A DNA stretch of 63,176 nt, counting the filler, from Porpidia crustulata (taxonomy: Eukaryota), in the NCBI GenBank assembly GCA_964255105.1. It is 7 parts of 7 records of this genome, joined end to end, with 100 filler letters (N's around TTAATTAATTAA, not from the genome) between each part and the next. Parts side by side here need not be neighbours in the genome. Positions count along the whole stretch, not along the records: positions 18,118 to 27,065 come from CAXUWE010001023.1; positions 27,166 to 36,110 come from CAXUWE010001024.1; 5 more parts are not named here. One strand, written 5' to 3'. Below are positions 22,217-35,481 of the stretch, piece by piece; positions within the stretch are counted from its first letter, which is position 1; every line of letters starts with the position of its first letter. The translations under genes and the position numbers were made by a program. The notes under the pieces were generated by a model that saw nothing but the letters and a program-made list of their open reading frames with translations, was not told where the DNA came from and searched no databases.

Positions 22217-25200
22217 CTACCACTCTGCCGTGGCCGGTAGATCCCTTGAGCTCGCACCTGCTTGGATCTTGAATTTTCCCTCGACCGGCATGACCCAATT
22301 CTGACTTCCAACGCTCCAGTAACTCAAGTCTCTCCTCGTAAGCGCTATGCTCACCTCTTTCCGTCCACCCTTCTCCAGCTCCACCTTCTCGAAGCCTCTT
22401 AATACCTTGACGGGAAAGTCTACCTTTGTCCCGGCTGACTCGTCGACAACCTTGTCCGGAAACGACACGTATACTTGTACGACCTGCTTCCCTTTTCGGT
22501 CGCCTGTATTGATGATTATGACATTGACACGGACGTATGTTTCAAATAGGTCTGGGTTGCCGCCTTCTCCTCCCCCAGCTTGAGAAAGAGTTTGATTGAT
22601 CGAATAGCCTTCAGGGTAGGGATAGCGGTCGAGCGTCACTTCTGAGACCGAAGAAATGTATGGGTAAACGTAGTTTCTTAATTTACGGAAACCAGCTGGA
22701 AACAGGGCAGTAGAGGGGTCAGGGAGAGTTCTGTTGAACGATGGTGGCGAGAGTGTCTCGGGTCTCGGAGCTGGAAGAGCGGATTTCTCTTTGACAGTAG
22801 TCAAGAACAAATCAGAAAAGGAGAAAGTGGTGTATGAGAGGCCAAAGCCGAATTCGTAGCGTGGTGTGATTGAGTGTCTGTCAAAATGTCGGTAGTCAAT
22901 ATATAGGCCTTCATCAAAGTTTTGTTGAGGGACGACAGCGTTGGGATAGTAGAGGATCTGGCCACCCTTGCCATAGTCTTCGAGAGACTTGCCCACAGTG
23001 TAGGGTAGACGTCCACTGGCGTCTACATCCCCAAATAAAACATCCACAAGGGCATTGCCGCTCTCTTCGCCAGGTAGATTGGCGAGAACCACAGCCTTGA
23101 TATTGGGTAAGTCAATCCATCGTTCAACGACAACTGGGCCAACAGCATGCACAATGACTATAGTTGCGCCCTTGCCATTTCCACAGCCCTTTGCAACATT
23201 TTTGACGAGCTCGTCGCCGTCTTTCTGTGGGTATAGGTGATTCCGATCCCCGCGAACGTCACTCCAAGACAGAAAGCCTTCACCAGCATCTGAGTTGACG
23301 AATGCCAGACAAAGGTCCTGATCTCCAAGGATCGAAGATGTCGTGGTCTGAGGGAAGGTATTTCCAAGGAAAGAAGTCAAGGTTACTGACTCATTGTCAA
23401 AAGTGGATTGAAGGGCCTTAAGTGGTGTGATCAAGTAAGGGAATTCGACGGCTCCACTGCCCCACCCTGAAGCCAATGTGCCTTGATTACAACTCCGATC
23501 GGGACATGCATTGGGCCCTTTGCCCTCTCCAGCATCCTCGCCAAAGACTCCAACACAATACTTGACGGCTCCGTCGCGCTTTGCACGTTTAAAAGGGCCT
23601 TTTCGAGCCAAGGGAAGGATGTTTCCCTCGTTCTTCACAAGCACAGTACCCTCCGCGGCAATTTCCCTCGCTAAACGGCCGTGGGAGTCTTTTCCAACTC
23701 CTTGAACATCCACGAATTTGTTGACGACTGCGGTCGTTTTATCGTCGCTACCAGGATGAATGAGGCCCCTCTCATCATCGGTAAAAGACGAGAAATTGGG
23801 CCCTCCGGTACCCTCCGGAGGCGGTTTCGGCCACTTTTTCACATCGTCTTGACCCACCTGGTACCAAGCTGCCACTATGCGGGTGACCATGTCATTTAGG
23901 CGTTCCATAGGTAGGGAGCCATTCAACACAGCTTTCGTTAATTTGGTGCCAAAAAGCGAGTCACCGTCCATCCAGCGGAGTCCGTCTCCTGGCATTGTCA
24001 TATCCAGACCAGCCAAGGCGCTCCCCACGCCGCTCCGCTGGGCGAGCCAGTCCGATTGTATAAAGCCTTGGAAACCGAGCTCATCTTTTAGGATTCCGTT
24101 CATCAGCTTACTATTACCACAAGCGTATGAATTGTTGACCATGTTATAGCTGCACATGACACTTGCAACGCCAGCCTTGACACTGTCGGCAAATGGCCAG
24201 AGATACAATTCATGGAGAGTTCGATCATCCAAATTTGAGGACATTGCGTTGGGTAATCCCCATTCCCACGATTGGCGGAAATGTTCTTGTTCGTTCGCAA
24301 TGAAGTGTTTGGCGGTTGCCATTACACCTTCTTCTTGGATCCCCTTAATGACTTGGCTGGCTGCCACCCCCTGCAGGACTGGATCCGCTCCGAAGCCCTC
24401 CCAATTTCTACCACCGGCTGGCATTCGCCCAAGGGGTCCCATCGAAGGTCCAAGCAATACGTTGACACCCTTCAGTCGCATCTCAAGGCCTTGTGCTTTG
24501 CCTCTTCTGTACATTAAATCCCTATTCCAGGTTGCGCCTACAGTCACGCCGGCGGGAAACGCAGTAGCATGATCCACGAAACGAATGCCGAGAGGGCCAT
24601 CTTGCAGACATAGCATTGGAAAGCCAACGTTATTCGCAGGCCCAGTGTTGCCGACACACAAATTCTGAGACCACCCCGTTCCCGACGTGACATTGACCTT
24701 TTCAACTATACTCATCCTCTTCACCATAGCTTCTGCCTTTTTGTAGCTCTCTTCCCATGCTTTTATTGTACCTCCCTCAGGGGTGGGATACCACGGTGGC
24801 GATTGCTTGGATGTGAATCAGCAAAGAAAGCAGATACATTCGAGCAGAGCTTACTCCATCTTGAGGCGCGGTCTTGTAAGCCCAAAATCCACCGCCAGCT
24901 ATCAAGCCCAATAGCCCTCCCAGTAGTATGACCGTCACAAGTAGGCATGTCCTACGTGGCCATAAGCAGTTTCGTATCCTTCTTGTTCGCGAGAGCCTCT
25001 GAGGTCTTGCATCCTGGTGGTTTGCATTCGGGAAGAGGGGAGCCCGGTTTTGACTCCATGGCCATCTGGCACGCTTGTTTTTCTTTGGCTTTAACTCTTC
25101 GTGTAGGTCTAATTCGTCCAACTCATCGCCAAATTCTGAAGATGACCGATAAGCTTGCTCCAGTGAGGGCCTCAAAGGTATAGGGCTTTCGCTGCGAAGA

Positions 25201-25241
25201 AGTCCTTCCCTGCTGGCCTTGAGCTCCTCTTCACCATTCAT
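22217..25241 (-). CDS. bglE: GH3 beta-glucosidase with N-terminal type II membrane anchor (BglE-like)
   Basis: Exon 1 has a cytoplasmic N-terminus and TM (LLVTVILLGGLLGLIAGGG). After one intron: QSPPWYPTP...QDGPLGIR...GGRNWEGFG...AKHFIANEQE...GFIQSDW (nucleophile)...YEFGFGLSYT, and an FnIII-like C-terminal domain. Confidence 0.93.
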
Positions 25242-27065
25242 CGTCGAAGCTCATTGAAAACTCGCAGATATTGTATCATTAGTTATAGGTGTACATGTGT
25301 TGTCGCGTCTGTGGGCATCGCGTGCTTGGTTACAGCATGGCCACAAAGGGTCTAGCGGTTGGCTGCGGCATCATATCACAAGTAGTGAATTCCTTAATGT
25401 GAGTTCGAATCTTGCATAGCTTGACAGCGCCACACAGCCCTTGGAGCTTTATCTACCTCGTCAAGCTGTTTAAATTGGTCCTGATCAGGAACGGCTTTTG
25501 AGCATTGACGCACGCGTAATAGCATCGCTGAAAGGTCACCAATCGTACCAAGAGTACTACCATATGGCCAGCAACCTGAAGACAGTATCACTCCGCGTGC
25601 ATTTGAAAGAATAGATTTGGTTTGAAAGAATATCGAAAACGCAACGAGAGTAAAAGCCCACAACTAGGGTCTTGTGCCTTCCACCACTTACAGTACTAAA
25701 GTGTCTATCAATGTCCATCCTAGCAAGCTGAGCTACATGAGATCCGAGCCTCATGAGTTTTTACAAGTGTAGAATTACTTCCTTTCACCCAAGACGTCAT
25801 CCTACGCAAGTCTCCTATCCAATTCATCGCTGGGATGAACAACGCTGGGATGTCTCCGTCAGAGACGCGAGCTTTTTCTTTCTATTGTCTGAGCACCTAT
25901 CTCCTTGCAAGGTGTTCTAGTAGGTTCTGTCTCCCTCTGCAATTATTTTACTTTTTTATTTATCTATTCTAGAACCAACTTTAGAAGGAGATAACTTTGG
26001 TAAAATGAATATCCCCCCTATCAAGAAATTCCCGGACTTTGGCTATGTTACAGTCGCCGGTCTCTACCTTGAGAAGGGATCCAATAGAGCATGCCTAGCT
26101 CCCTAACAATCGCAGACCCAGGTCCACATAGAATCCCAGAACAAGCCAAGATTACATATACTAATGACGAACCGCGTCCGAACCTAGACGCTGCAGTCGG
26201 TAGGAATCATATCGCCGCCCTTGTGGCAGACGATTTTCTCTGGTCCGCCGGCAGTGGCAGAGCTGGAGAGCTGGGTATCGGCAAGGGCTCTTCGACCTGG
26301 TGTAAGAGGAAAGGCTGAAAAACTTGGACATCACGATGACACGCCCGCGAAGAAGAACCTAATGTACCGATCAGGAGCCTTTTGTAAAAGATTGGCAAAG
26401 AATAGAAACCGACGGCTTTTGAAGCCCCGGGATAAGCTTCTCTGAATTGTTTGGCGAGAACAATACTACCTTTGTGACGACGATGAAGACTGATGAAATT
26501 GGAGAAGGCGGAGCGAGACACTGGCGTCGATCCGAGTTTCATACTATGCAAATATTCATAGATGTAGCCATGAAGTGTTCAACGATTTTATTCTTCCGAA
26601 ACAAATTGGCCGTCTCCATTGTGTCGACGAAGATTTATTTTATTTTTCCACCTACATCCTGAGCCATCCCTCAAAATTGGTAGCCACCAAAAGATACCAG
26701 CTTAGCCTTTGAACAAAATCTATGTAACGACGTACCCAGCCACACCATCACAATCCCATAACTCTCCCCAACAAAACCTCCAACAAAACTCCAGCAGCCA
26801 CGGATGACGCAGAAGGGCTGTGGTCCTTGCCGCACAATCTCGCCATTTTTTCGTCCACGTCTGATTTCGTTCAGAGAGGATCGCCTTCCCTTACTTGTGC
26901 TCTCTGACTTTCCGAAACACGTAGCGGTTGGCCGGTAAGAAGTTCTTTCGCAACCATCTTCTTGAGTGGAGAACGGTTTTGTCTACGCGTTTTCTTTATG
27001 TTTGTGGATGGACGGTGTGGATTTGTTGACTGATTGGATGGGGGATCAGGGGAAGGGGACAGTAG

Positions 27066-27165
27066 NNNNNNNNNNNNNNNNNNNNNNNNNNNNNNNNNNN
27101 NNNNNNNNNTTAATTAATTAANNNNNNNNNNNNNNNNNNNNNNNNNNNNNNNNNNNNNNNNNNNN
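27066..27165. other. Artificial contig linker
   Basis: N44-TTAATTAATTAA-N44. Confidence 0.99.
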
Positions 27166-27525
27166 TGCATTCTGTGACCATGCAGCCGGTGCCGAGATTG
27201 AGATCGCAGACGGATTTTCGCTAGCGGCACCTTCGGTCTTTTCTTTTTTTTTTGGAGAAAGACTACGTCAGGGTGTGTTGTTAGATAGATTCTGCGGATA
27301 TTTTGGTTGGAAGTTTGGGATTTGGGGGGAGGGGATTGTGGGTTTTTGTCAAATGGCATTTCCGTTACCGTATTCGATGGTTCTTTTGCTTTTCCGTGGC
27401 ACGCATGTGCTACCCTCTATTAGATAATCACCGTATTTTCAACCGAGGGCTCCCCGTACCCTCTACCATCTCCCTCGACCCTCGACTTTTTCGCTTCCAC
27501 AGACCCCCGGCGCACAAACCCCAAC

Positions 27526-28541
27526 CTATCCTCTCGCCCTCTTCCTGCCACTCCGACCCAGGTCCTCTTCGCGCTTCGTCCGCTTCTCCTCGGCGTCGAG
27601 CACGAAGCTGAGCACGTCGAAGGCGAACTCGGGGAACTCGAGGCACATGGAGCGGAAACTGCCTTCGGTCTCGTGCCGCAGCACGTGACTGCGCTGACCC
27701 CAGAAGCTGGCGACGGGCTTGCGGATGGTGAGGTCGGTGCGGGCGGTGTTGGAGTACACGTAGCGGGCGTATGTGATTTCGGCGAGGGCGGTGGAGGTGA
27801 CGAGGTGGATCTTGGAGTGCGAGAGGGTTTTGAGTTGCTGGCGGGGGAGACGCGAATTAGCAGAGTTGGAGGAGGGAATGGTGGGAAGGGGAGACTTACG
27901 CTCATGCCGAATTTCTCGGCCAGAGTGTAGACTTTTGCGTGTTTGAGGAGTTGGTCGCCTGTGTTGTCGGTGATGGGAGCGGAAGGGTCAGGCTCGAGGT
28001 TGCCTGTTGCGGTTTTTTTGGGGAAGTATTCGCCGGTGTAGAGGTACTCAAGGAAGCATCCGACGGCTTCGATGTCGTGATCAGCAAGCTCGATGCTACC
28101 TCCCTAAGGTCATAAGCACCTGTCAGTAGGGATCAAGATGATATCTAGAGCAATAAAGCCATACCTGTTTACCCGCGAGCGTTTCAGCCAAGTGGGGCGA
28201 TCGTTCGAGGAGTATTTGGTGGGCCGTTAACTTACTCTGGCTTTCACCAGAGCCGACGACGAGTTCCACGATAGGGGATCTCAGATAGCTGCCAACAATC
28301 TTAGCCGGCTTCGCTGCATATGTCCTTCACATCCGTTGCGAGCGACATACTCAACAAATCTTAATTTCTGCGCAGGTTTGTCATCCTCCATTGGTATGCC
28401 CTCTTCTTGCTCAACCACATCTCCACCGGCGCCTGTTTCGCCAACCTCGACGACGTCTGGACTGTCCTCTTGCTGCATCTCAACATCGTCCTCATTTGCG
28501 CCAGAATCGCCTATTGAAATGCGAACCTGCGGATCTGCCAT
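27526..28541 (-). CDS. BTB/POZ-domain protein, 4 exons
   Basis: Acidic N-terminus, then YLRSPIVELVVG...LTAHQILLERSP|GSIEL...EAVGCFLEYLYTGEY...LLKHAKVYTLAEKFGM|QLKTLSHSKI...YARYVY...IRKPVASFW...EFPEFAFDVL, ending in NLS-like GRKRARG. Confidence 0.85.
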
Positions 28542-29060
28542 GCTCGCATGCTACCAAGCTTTTGTCCAATACTGAACCTTGATATGCTACCAGAATTGAT
28601 GGAAATGTGCGAGCGGGACGAGTGATGCTGCGCAATTGAACGAGTGTAAGGTTTCAGAGTGACCAGATAATGCTAGCGACCTGATCGACACATGAACAAC
28701 TAGAATGACTGTGAAGTAGCGAACGAAAGAGACGGCTCACGCATGCAAGCCATTCGAAAAAAATTGAAAAAAAAAGTGGGCAGGAAAAAAGGGTGCTGCT
28801 ACTGGCAGCTTATCAGCCTCCTCGAAGGCCGTCGGAAGCATGAGCTTCGGTTCCTGACGCTAACGAATGGTCCGTGCCCAAACCCATCCCCCGCCATGCC
28901 TTCCGCTGCGGGGGGACAGCGGGGCAGCGGAAATCTCTTCAGAGAGTCCGACATCCGATTCACGCTTGTGGAGTCCTCCATGTTAGTTGACGAGAGACTG
29001 GCACTCTTTCATTTTCCCACGTAGCATTCTCTGTACTCTCTCCTTCAAACATTAACTACA

Positions 29061-29900
29061 ATGGCACGACGTGGGCGTTTGCGTAAGTTGGTAATCGATC
29101 CCCCATTGAGATCCCACTGATCGCCTGTGCAGCAAATCCCGCTCTCTTGTGCGGACCATATCCAAAAATCTTTGCTGAGCTGAGCTGAAGCTATTTGCAG
29201 TGTTTGCGATATTCAAGAAAGATTTCGACCAGCGATATGGGAGTATCCCAAGGTGTACGATCTTCCCCAAGCCTCACACACTCCATCATTTCACTCAACT
29301 CACAATATGCCCCCCTTATAGCATCGCAACCGCCCAGAAGATGATCAAGGCCTGCCACACCCTCGCCGTCCCCATTTACGCCACCACACAATCCGTCTCT
29401 CGCCTCGGTCCTCTTTGCTCGGAGCTATTCCCTTCGAACCAGCCCCCTTTTACAATTGACAAAACGGCGTTTAGTATGATGGTCCCGGAATTACGCTTTG
29501 CCCTGAGCTCATCCTCACCGCACCCATATCAAGTCGCTATCGTTGGCATTGAGACACACATTTGTGTTACGCAGACAGCACTAGACCTCATAGCCGAGGG
29601 ACACAAGGTTTATGTGATAGCGGATGGTGTAAGTAGCTGCAATGAAGGGGAGGTGGGAGTGGCCTTGAAGAGATTGTCGCAGGAGGGGGCGGTCGTGACA
29701 ACGAGTGAGTCATGGTTATATGAGTGTATGGGCGATGCGGATATCCCCGAGTAAGACATCAATTGCGCTTACTGCGAGCTTGGCCTGGCAATAGTGGAAA
29801 GATGGCTAATGATGTGGTTAGGTTCAAGGCAATCGCTGGACTGGTTAAGGAGACAAAACAAAATACAAAGGAGGCGGTCCAAACGCTGTGCAAAATGTGA
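29061..29900 (+). CDS. Isochorismatase-family hydrolase (ISOC2-like), 5 exons
   Basis: Spliced ...NPALFVCDIQERFRPAI...ATTQSVSRLG...IDKTAFSM...VGIETHICVTQTALDL...ADGVSSC...TTSESWLYECMGDA|EFKAIAGLVKE. D/K/C catalytic triad present. Confidence 0.9.
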
Positions 29901-30108
29901 GGAAGGGTGACTGGAATTTATCATTTGGGTACGATAGGGATGGGAAGTATTTCGAGTTTGTGACGAAAACCCTGTAAATACATCGACGTGCATAGCCCAT
30001 CAGGCACTGAATTATCATACACAGTTTTGAACATCGTAGCACAGAATGCAAAACATGGCGACACCAAAGAGGCTATCGTAGCATACGGACATCGTGAGGC
30101 CTACTCGC

Positions 30109-31992
30109 TTAATCACTTGCCGTGGGCGATTGCTTCTGTTTTCCGGAGTTGAGCCAGCCAAACGCGGACGCCCCTCCAATTGGATTCGAAGGTCTTGATT
30201 TATTCGTCAGACTTTGCAGAGGGGGTTTCGTTTCGCTAGAGAATAATTTGCCTTCCAAAGCCGGGCTTGCGCTTTCTTGGTTCTCACCTGGCGTGGCTAG
30301 AACAGTACGCTTACCAGAATCCCCAAATCGTGGAGGTGCAGCATCAAATCCAACCGCAGGTTGCGTTGCTGATGCCGAGCGAGAGGTAGAAGTATTTCCC
30401 TTGGCGGGCTTGAGCACTTTCATGCCTCGACCACGACCTGCTCGTTGGTAGCCAGAGGTGGTCATGGAAGCGGATGACGCAGGGTCTAGTCGGCCGGGAA
30501 GCGCACCATCACGTCTCCAGGAGCCCCATATACTTCCACCATCTGGCTTCGATGGAGTATCCGGCGTTGTACCATTTGTTAAGCTTCCAGCATCTCTTGC
30601 ATCTGCGTCGGCCTTCACTGATGGAGGGTTCTCGATGTACGTTTTCCCTCCAGCCGACTTGCGTCCCTCGCCAATGACGGAAGGGGATGAAGTGAGAGGC
30701 CTTGAAAGCGTAACCGAAGATTGTTCATCCTTGGGTTCATCGGGGAAGCCTGCTTGATCTTGAGTAACAAGTCTCAATTTACTCTCGTTTGCATCCTTAT
30801 CGCTAGTCAGAGGCTTCTCAGAACGGCTTGGCTGGTCAATGAGACCTTCGGCAGGGCTGTCGCTAGTCGCATTCGATGTGAGAAGATTCTTAAAAAGTGA
30901 GGCCTTTTCCGGTCTGACTAATGGCACCGACAGTTTGTTGCGGTCATCATCCAACAGTGTTAGACGATCAAGAGAGAAATGTATATCAGCATTTCGTGTT
31001 CGAAGTACATCGCTCCCAATGAAGACCTGTATTGTATCTGCTGTAGTCTGAAGTTCTTGGACTGTGAAATCAATTGTTATTGTTGGTAGCTGTGGGGCAG
31101 GACTATTAGACCGCGACGATGATTGTTGAACCGTAGCTTCGGGCAGATAGACTGGGATCTTCAGGGTGCGTGACCCTTCGTGGTCAGCTTTTATTTGATT
31201 AACAATACCGAGGTGAGTCGCCAGTTGAAGATCAATTACTGATTTGTACGAGCCTGTGCAGACAGCAGCGTAAAGCAAAGATTCGTTGGAATAATTATTA
31301 TCCAGCCAACACCGAATGATCGACGGAACAGGGCCTAGTATGAAGAGGCCTGGCGGGGGACCCAGCGGTACAAACGGAGCCACAGCGGCCGAGAGCGGAC
31401 GAGGCTCAAACGCAAAACTACCTGCTCGAACCGATTGATTAGACTGCCCAGCAGAGCTCTGCCTACCTTCTGATTTGTGCGATGACGAACGCTCAGTCAT
31501 AGGATGGCTTCCGAAAGCACTTCCCGTTCTCAGCGGTAGAAAGTCTGTCGATGAACGAGACCCATGGCCAAAATGACCGTGCAATGCAGTTTCATCAAAG
31601 CGAACGCTATTGGCTCTAGATGCCCCCCGCCGTGGCTCCTCTTCAGAATCCAAATGAAGACTGCCAAGAAGACTACTGGGATGACCTTGATCGAAGTTCT
31701 TGAATGCTTCCGAGGCAGGGTTGTAACCAGGCTCTATGGTACATATAATTAGAATTTTTTAGTAATACGTTGAATTTCTCTTACCTTGCTGCGGAGTGCC
31801 ATTCAAGACGCCTGGAAAAGGCGATTGACCACCCCACGGAGATTTGGTCCTAGCATCTTCCTCTTGCCGTCTTTCTAAACGCATAAGCCTGTCAGCGTGT
31901 TCTGCTTGGGTCGCATACACATTCTTCATCTCGTTTTGTAGACGCCAGAGGTCGTCTCTAGAAGCAAGGCCAAATTGCAGGTCCATGCCCAT
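30109..31992 (-). CDS. Conserved fungal hypothetical protein: N-terminal coiled coil, central retropepsin-like domain, disordered tail
   Basis: Exon 1 MDLQFGLASRDDLWRLQNEMKNV...; intron at about 31735-31783; long exon with RANSVRFDE, IIRCWL...LLYAAVCTGSYKS, IGSDVL and a C-terminal ASAFGWLN. Confidence 0.8.
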
Positions 31993-32911
31993 CTACTGTA
32001 TGTTGATGGCTTAGGCAGCCCTTTCAAGGATCGAGGGAAATTGCCGCTGTCATCTATGCAGCAGGCGCTCCGCTGCCAGAGGACGTGCAAAAGTTCCAGC
32101 GGAAGCGGAGCCCTCGATAATGAGCCAGGTCGTTGTCTTAGAACTCCACCCCTCCTAATATCCACCTCCCACCTCAGTGCGCCACCGCGGAGAAGCTAAC
32201 CGCCACCACGCTGTGATGGGGCCCCAAGATTAGAAATAACGAAGCGTACTCTTATTACTGTTTCTTTATACTCAAGTGTGGATTGATGGCGTCGATATAC
32301 AATATGTCCTGTCGAATGCAAGGAACACGACGGCTGGAAGGCTGGAAATTGCTGACTTTGGTCGAAGTCCAAGACGCCTGGGCGTTAATCCTATGGATCG
32401 TAATAAATCTGCTGTTCTCACCAATCAGTAATTTAATGAAAGGTTCTGTGGGGATGATGATATTACTGAACGAGTGGACTGATCGAAGGGATGGATTTGG
32501 ATTTGTTTTAGATTATGTCTCTAGGCTTGAATACCTTACATGTAGTAGGATCTGGCAGAAGTGCTGAACAATTATCTCACAGTATTTCAGCAAGTGAAGT
32601 GTAAATGGTACACATTTCAGATCGTAAGTTAAGTAAGTAGGTAATAATACAATTACCGAATTCCATTGATGCCGCTAAACAAGGATCTTTGCGGCAAAAA
32701 CTGCTAAGCGCAATCGAACCTGCCTGGATGCTTTTCATCATCCGACTTTTCATTGCGACTCGACATATCACAAACTGCCAGGAACTGAAGTCTCTGGAGC
32801 TTTTGCTCTTACAATTCGCTGAGTATTACTCCTACACAGCCTCTGATATCTATGATCCTAAGCCCACCAACACAATAGTTGCGCCATCTAACGCCTAAAC
32901 TTCAGCCAATA

Positions 32912-34031
32912 CTAGCTTTGAAGGGCAGCCTGCCAAGTGGGCGAAATAAAAGGTAGGGTCTGATCGTCCTGGTCGGGCCACTTTTGCTTGATGGCTTCCA
33001 CGGTAGCATCAAAAAAAAGCTTGTAGCCATCTGGATCGAGATGCAGCCCTGGCAAATAAGAATTAGTCTCCTGAATTGGTACAATACTCTAAATTTACCG
33101 TCACTTAGTAGATTTTCTAATCTTTCACTTCTTGGAGCGTTTTTGCTTCCAATCAGTGGGTGCCCATGTTTCCACCCGACCTCTTCCATGAAAATGGACC
33201 ACAAGTCAACAACAGCTATGCCAAGCTTGATGCCAACTTGTCGACAGCTATCCGCGTATTTTCGTGTGTGTTCTGCAGTTCGCTGTATCTCCGCAGGGTT
33301 ACCTTCTTCTAGCTGATATTCGTTGACTGGGGGCGGTGTGACTAGAATCAGGCGAGGCTGTTGTTCTTCGATGCTTGGATGTGCCAGAAGTTTTTCTAGG
33401 TTTCGAGTGTACCTCTCAATTGGGACATGCTGGCCGGTCGATGTTCCTGGTAGACAAGCATCGTTTGCGCCGAAGAATATCATCTGCGGATGTTAATGAT
33501 ATTTCGTCTTTTAGAGAGTATTCCCATACCATAAAACGGAGACCGGCCTGCTCTAGAGTCGGCATAAATTCTGGCAACACGTTGAGGGCCAGATCCGTAT
33601 TGTATCCACTAACGCTGATCAGCTTCCTCGAAAGATTGAATTTCGGCTCTATCAAAAAGTCTACCTATAGCCTCTATTGATGACATCGAGACGTCTGATA
33701 TAAGCTAAAGGAAGATGTATTCCGTTAGAGAGGACATGTCATTGCGTTTATGTCTTATGTTTGAAGGAAAGGCGGCAATGTCAAGGGATCGACTCATGGA
33801 TCTTGGTGTATCGGATAGTTTTATGAAAGAGAAGCAATTATTTCCAATAGCTTACCATTTTGCAAAGCCGGGCAAAATGCGAACCCCTTGGATTGATCAC
33901 ACGACTGTTGTAGTATGGAGTCCCCAAAGAGGAGGAATTGATGTAATGGTCCTTTCTGCACTTCATCAATACCTTGAGGTCCTCCTCTACACTATTTGAG
34001 CCCTGACATCTGGAAATATATTTACCTTCAT
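32912..34031 (-). CDS. IAH1: SGNH/GDSL esterase (isoamyl acetate-hydrolysing esterase-like); start exon uncertain
   Basis: Blocks FLLFGDSI, LDVINRG|YSGYNT, IFFGANDA, LLSD|GLH give the S-G-N-H catalytic blocks. Confidence 0.88.
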
Positions 34032-34922
34032 TGCAGAGAGACCGCTGTATTCAGGTGTGGGAGTAATACTGATCCTCTGATGGATCGTCCGTGTCACTTT
34101 TGTTAGGTAGCATAATACATACAGACGTTTACTCTAACTCTCAAGGGCAACGTTTTCTTTAATTTACCGCGCTAACGAAAGAAAGTATCGCTAGCTTGGA
34201 AATTACATCTTTATAGTGAATCACTTAGAGTCTTTTGACTGTTCTACATTTCTGTTCTTCAGATATGCCGCAAATCCAATCCAGAATGCCTCAATGAATC
34301 GCGTCGATTAAAAGGTCGTGTCATATTTTCGGAAAGGTTTCACCTCACTGTCGGAGAACGCCATGTCGTTTTGCTCCTCAGCCGTCACATTGTCACCACC
34401 AGGCAACTCGAAGTCTATGCTTGGATTCTAGACATGTTGGGTTAATGATCGATCTTAATCCTTTATGCAGTCATAGATTACTTAGAAACTTGTTAAAAAG
34501 GAAAAGCGAACAGGTTTGAGACGTCAACGTAGCCTCAGTGCAGTTGTCAGTATGATAAGAGTTTGGGTAAGAATTAAGCCAATGAGTGAACAGAGGGACT
34601 CAATACGTGGTATATGGCACTTGAAATGTCGATTTGTTGAAGGTCATTCGGATTCGCCTTTCAATAATTCGAAGATCTGTCCGCTCTGCAGCATAAAGCG
34701 GTCTATATTCTGTTTCTAGTCAGCCTTGAGGTTTCAATTCATGGATCCGTCATTCAGACTGAGGAGGGACTGTATGCATACTGTGACGTATCCAGGACTG
34801 CTCTCTGCCGCGCCTACATCTTTGTAACGTCACAGTGATTCGTTCTTTCTTCATTAGTCGCATGTTGGATTTATTCTTTGAAAATTTCCTTACCTTTACT
34901 GCACTCAGATTAATAATCTAAA

Positions 34923-35481
34923 ATGCCGAAGAATCATCCTCCTACTAAGATCTCGGTGGCACAAACGGATGAGGAAAAGGTATCTCATACCACGAGAGCA
35001 ACTGTGTGATGGACCTCTTCCTGGTCGCTAATCTTTATAATTCTAGAAAAATGTTGATGTCGTCAAAGAATATATGAGTACCGCATACTCACCTACAAAC
35101 AACAAAGGTCGCTCGTCTGTCGCACATCTTTGCACCTCTGACAATATCTTTACGGCCCCTACAACATTCCCAGACTGCCATTCGCCCCTTGACTACGCAG
35201 ACTCGCATGCCAAGGTCATGTCCGCCATTGCGGATTTACATATAGGTTCCTATGACATTGCATTCGCCAAAGAGGGTCATGTACTCCTGAGATATTCAGC
35301 TGAAGGTTCTCATTGCGGCAAGCCACATAACGGGATTGAACCCTCAGGCAGACATGCGAAGTGGAGTGCAGCAGCGATTTTTGAAGTCCGAGATGGCAAG
35401 GTGTACAGCTTCACGAAGGAATGGGACAAGTTGAATATGTGGAAACAGTTAGGCTGGATGAAAGGCGACGAGTATGTATGA
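34923..35481 (+). CDS. SnoaL-like / ester cyclase (NTF2-fold) protein, 2 exons
   Basis: MPKNHPPTKISVAQTDEEK|KNVDVVKEYM...AIADLHI...VLLRYSAEGSHCG...GIEPSGRHAKWSAAAIFEVRDGKV...WDKLNMWKQLG matches the SnoaL pattern GTH.G...G..PTG+......I....DGKI......D...L..QLG. Confidence 0.82.

Noticed and set aside
26091..26662. Short ORFs on both strands upstream of bglE
   Set aside because: No recognisable motif or consistent exon structure.
26925..27065. 10-nt microexon-like segment (TAG|CGGTTGGCCG|GTAAGA) followed by an intron-like stretch at the contig end
   Set aside because: No convincing upstream donor or start and no recognisable peptide. It may be a 5'-UTR of a truncated gene but cannot be supported.
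28655..28690. GATAATGCTAGCG...CTGATC resembling part of a TPP riboswitch
   Set aside because: Elements are in the wrong order, the CTGAGA motif is absent, and it is not in a thiamine-related gene intron.
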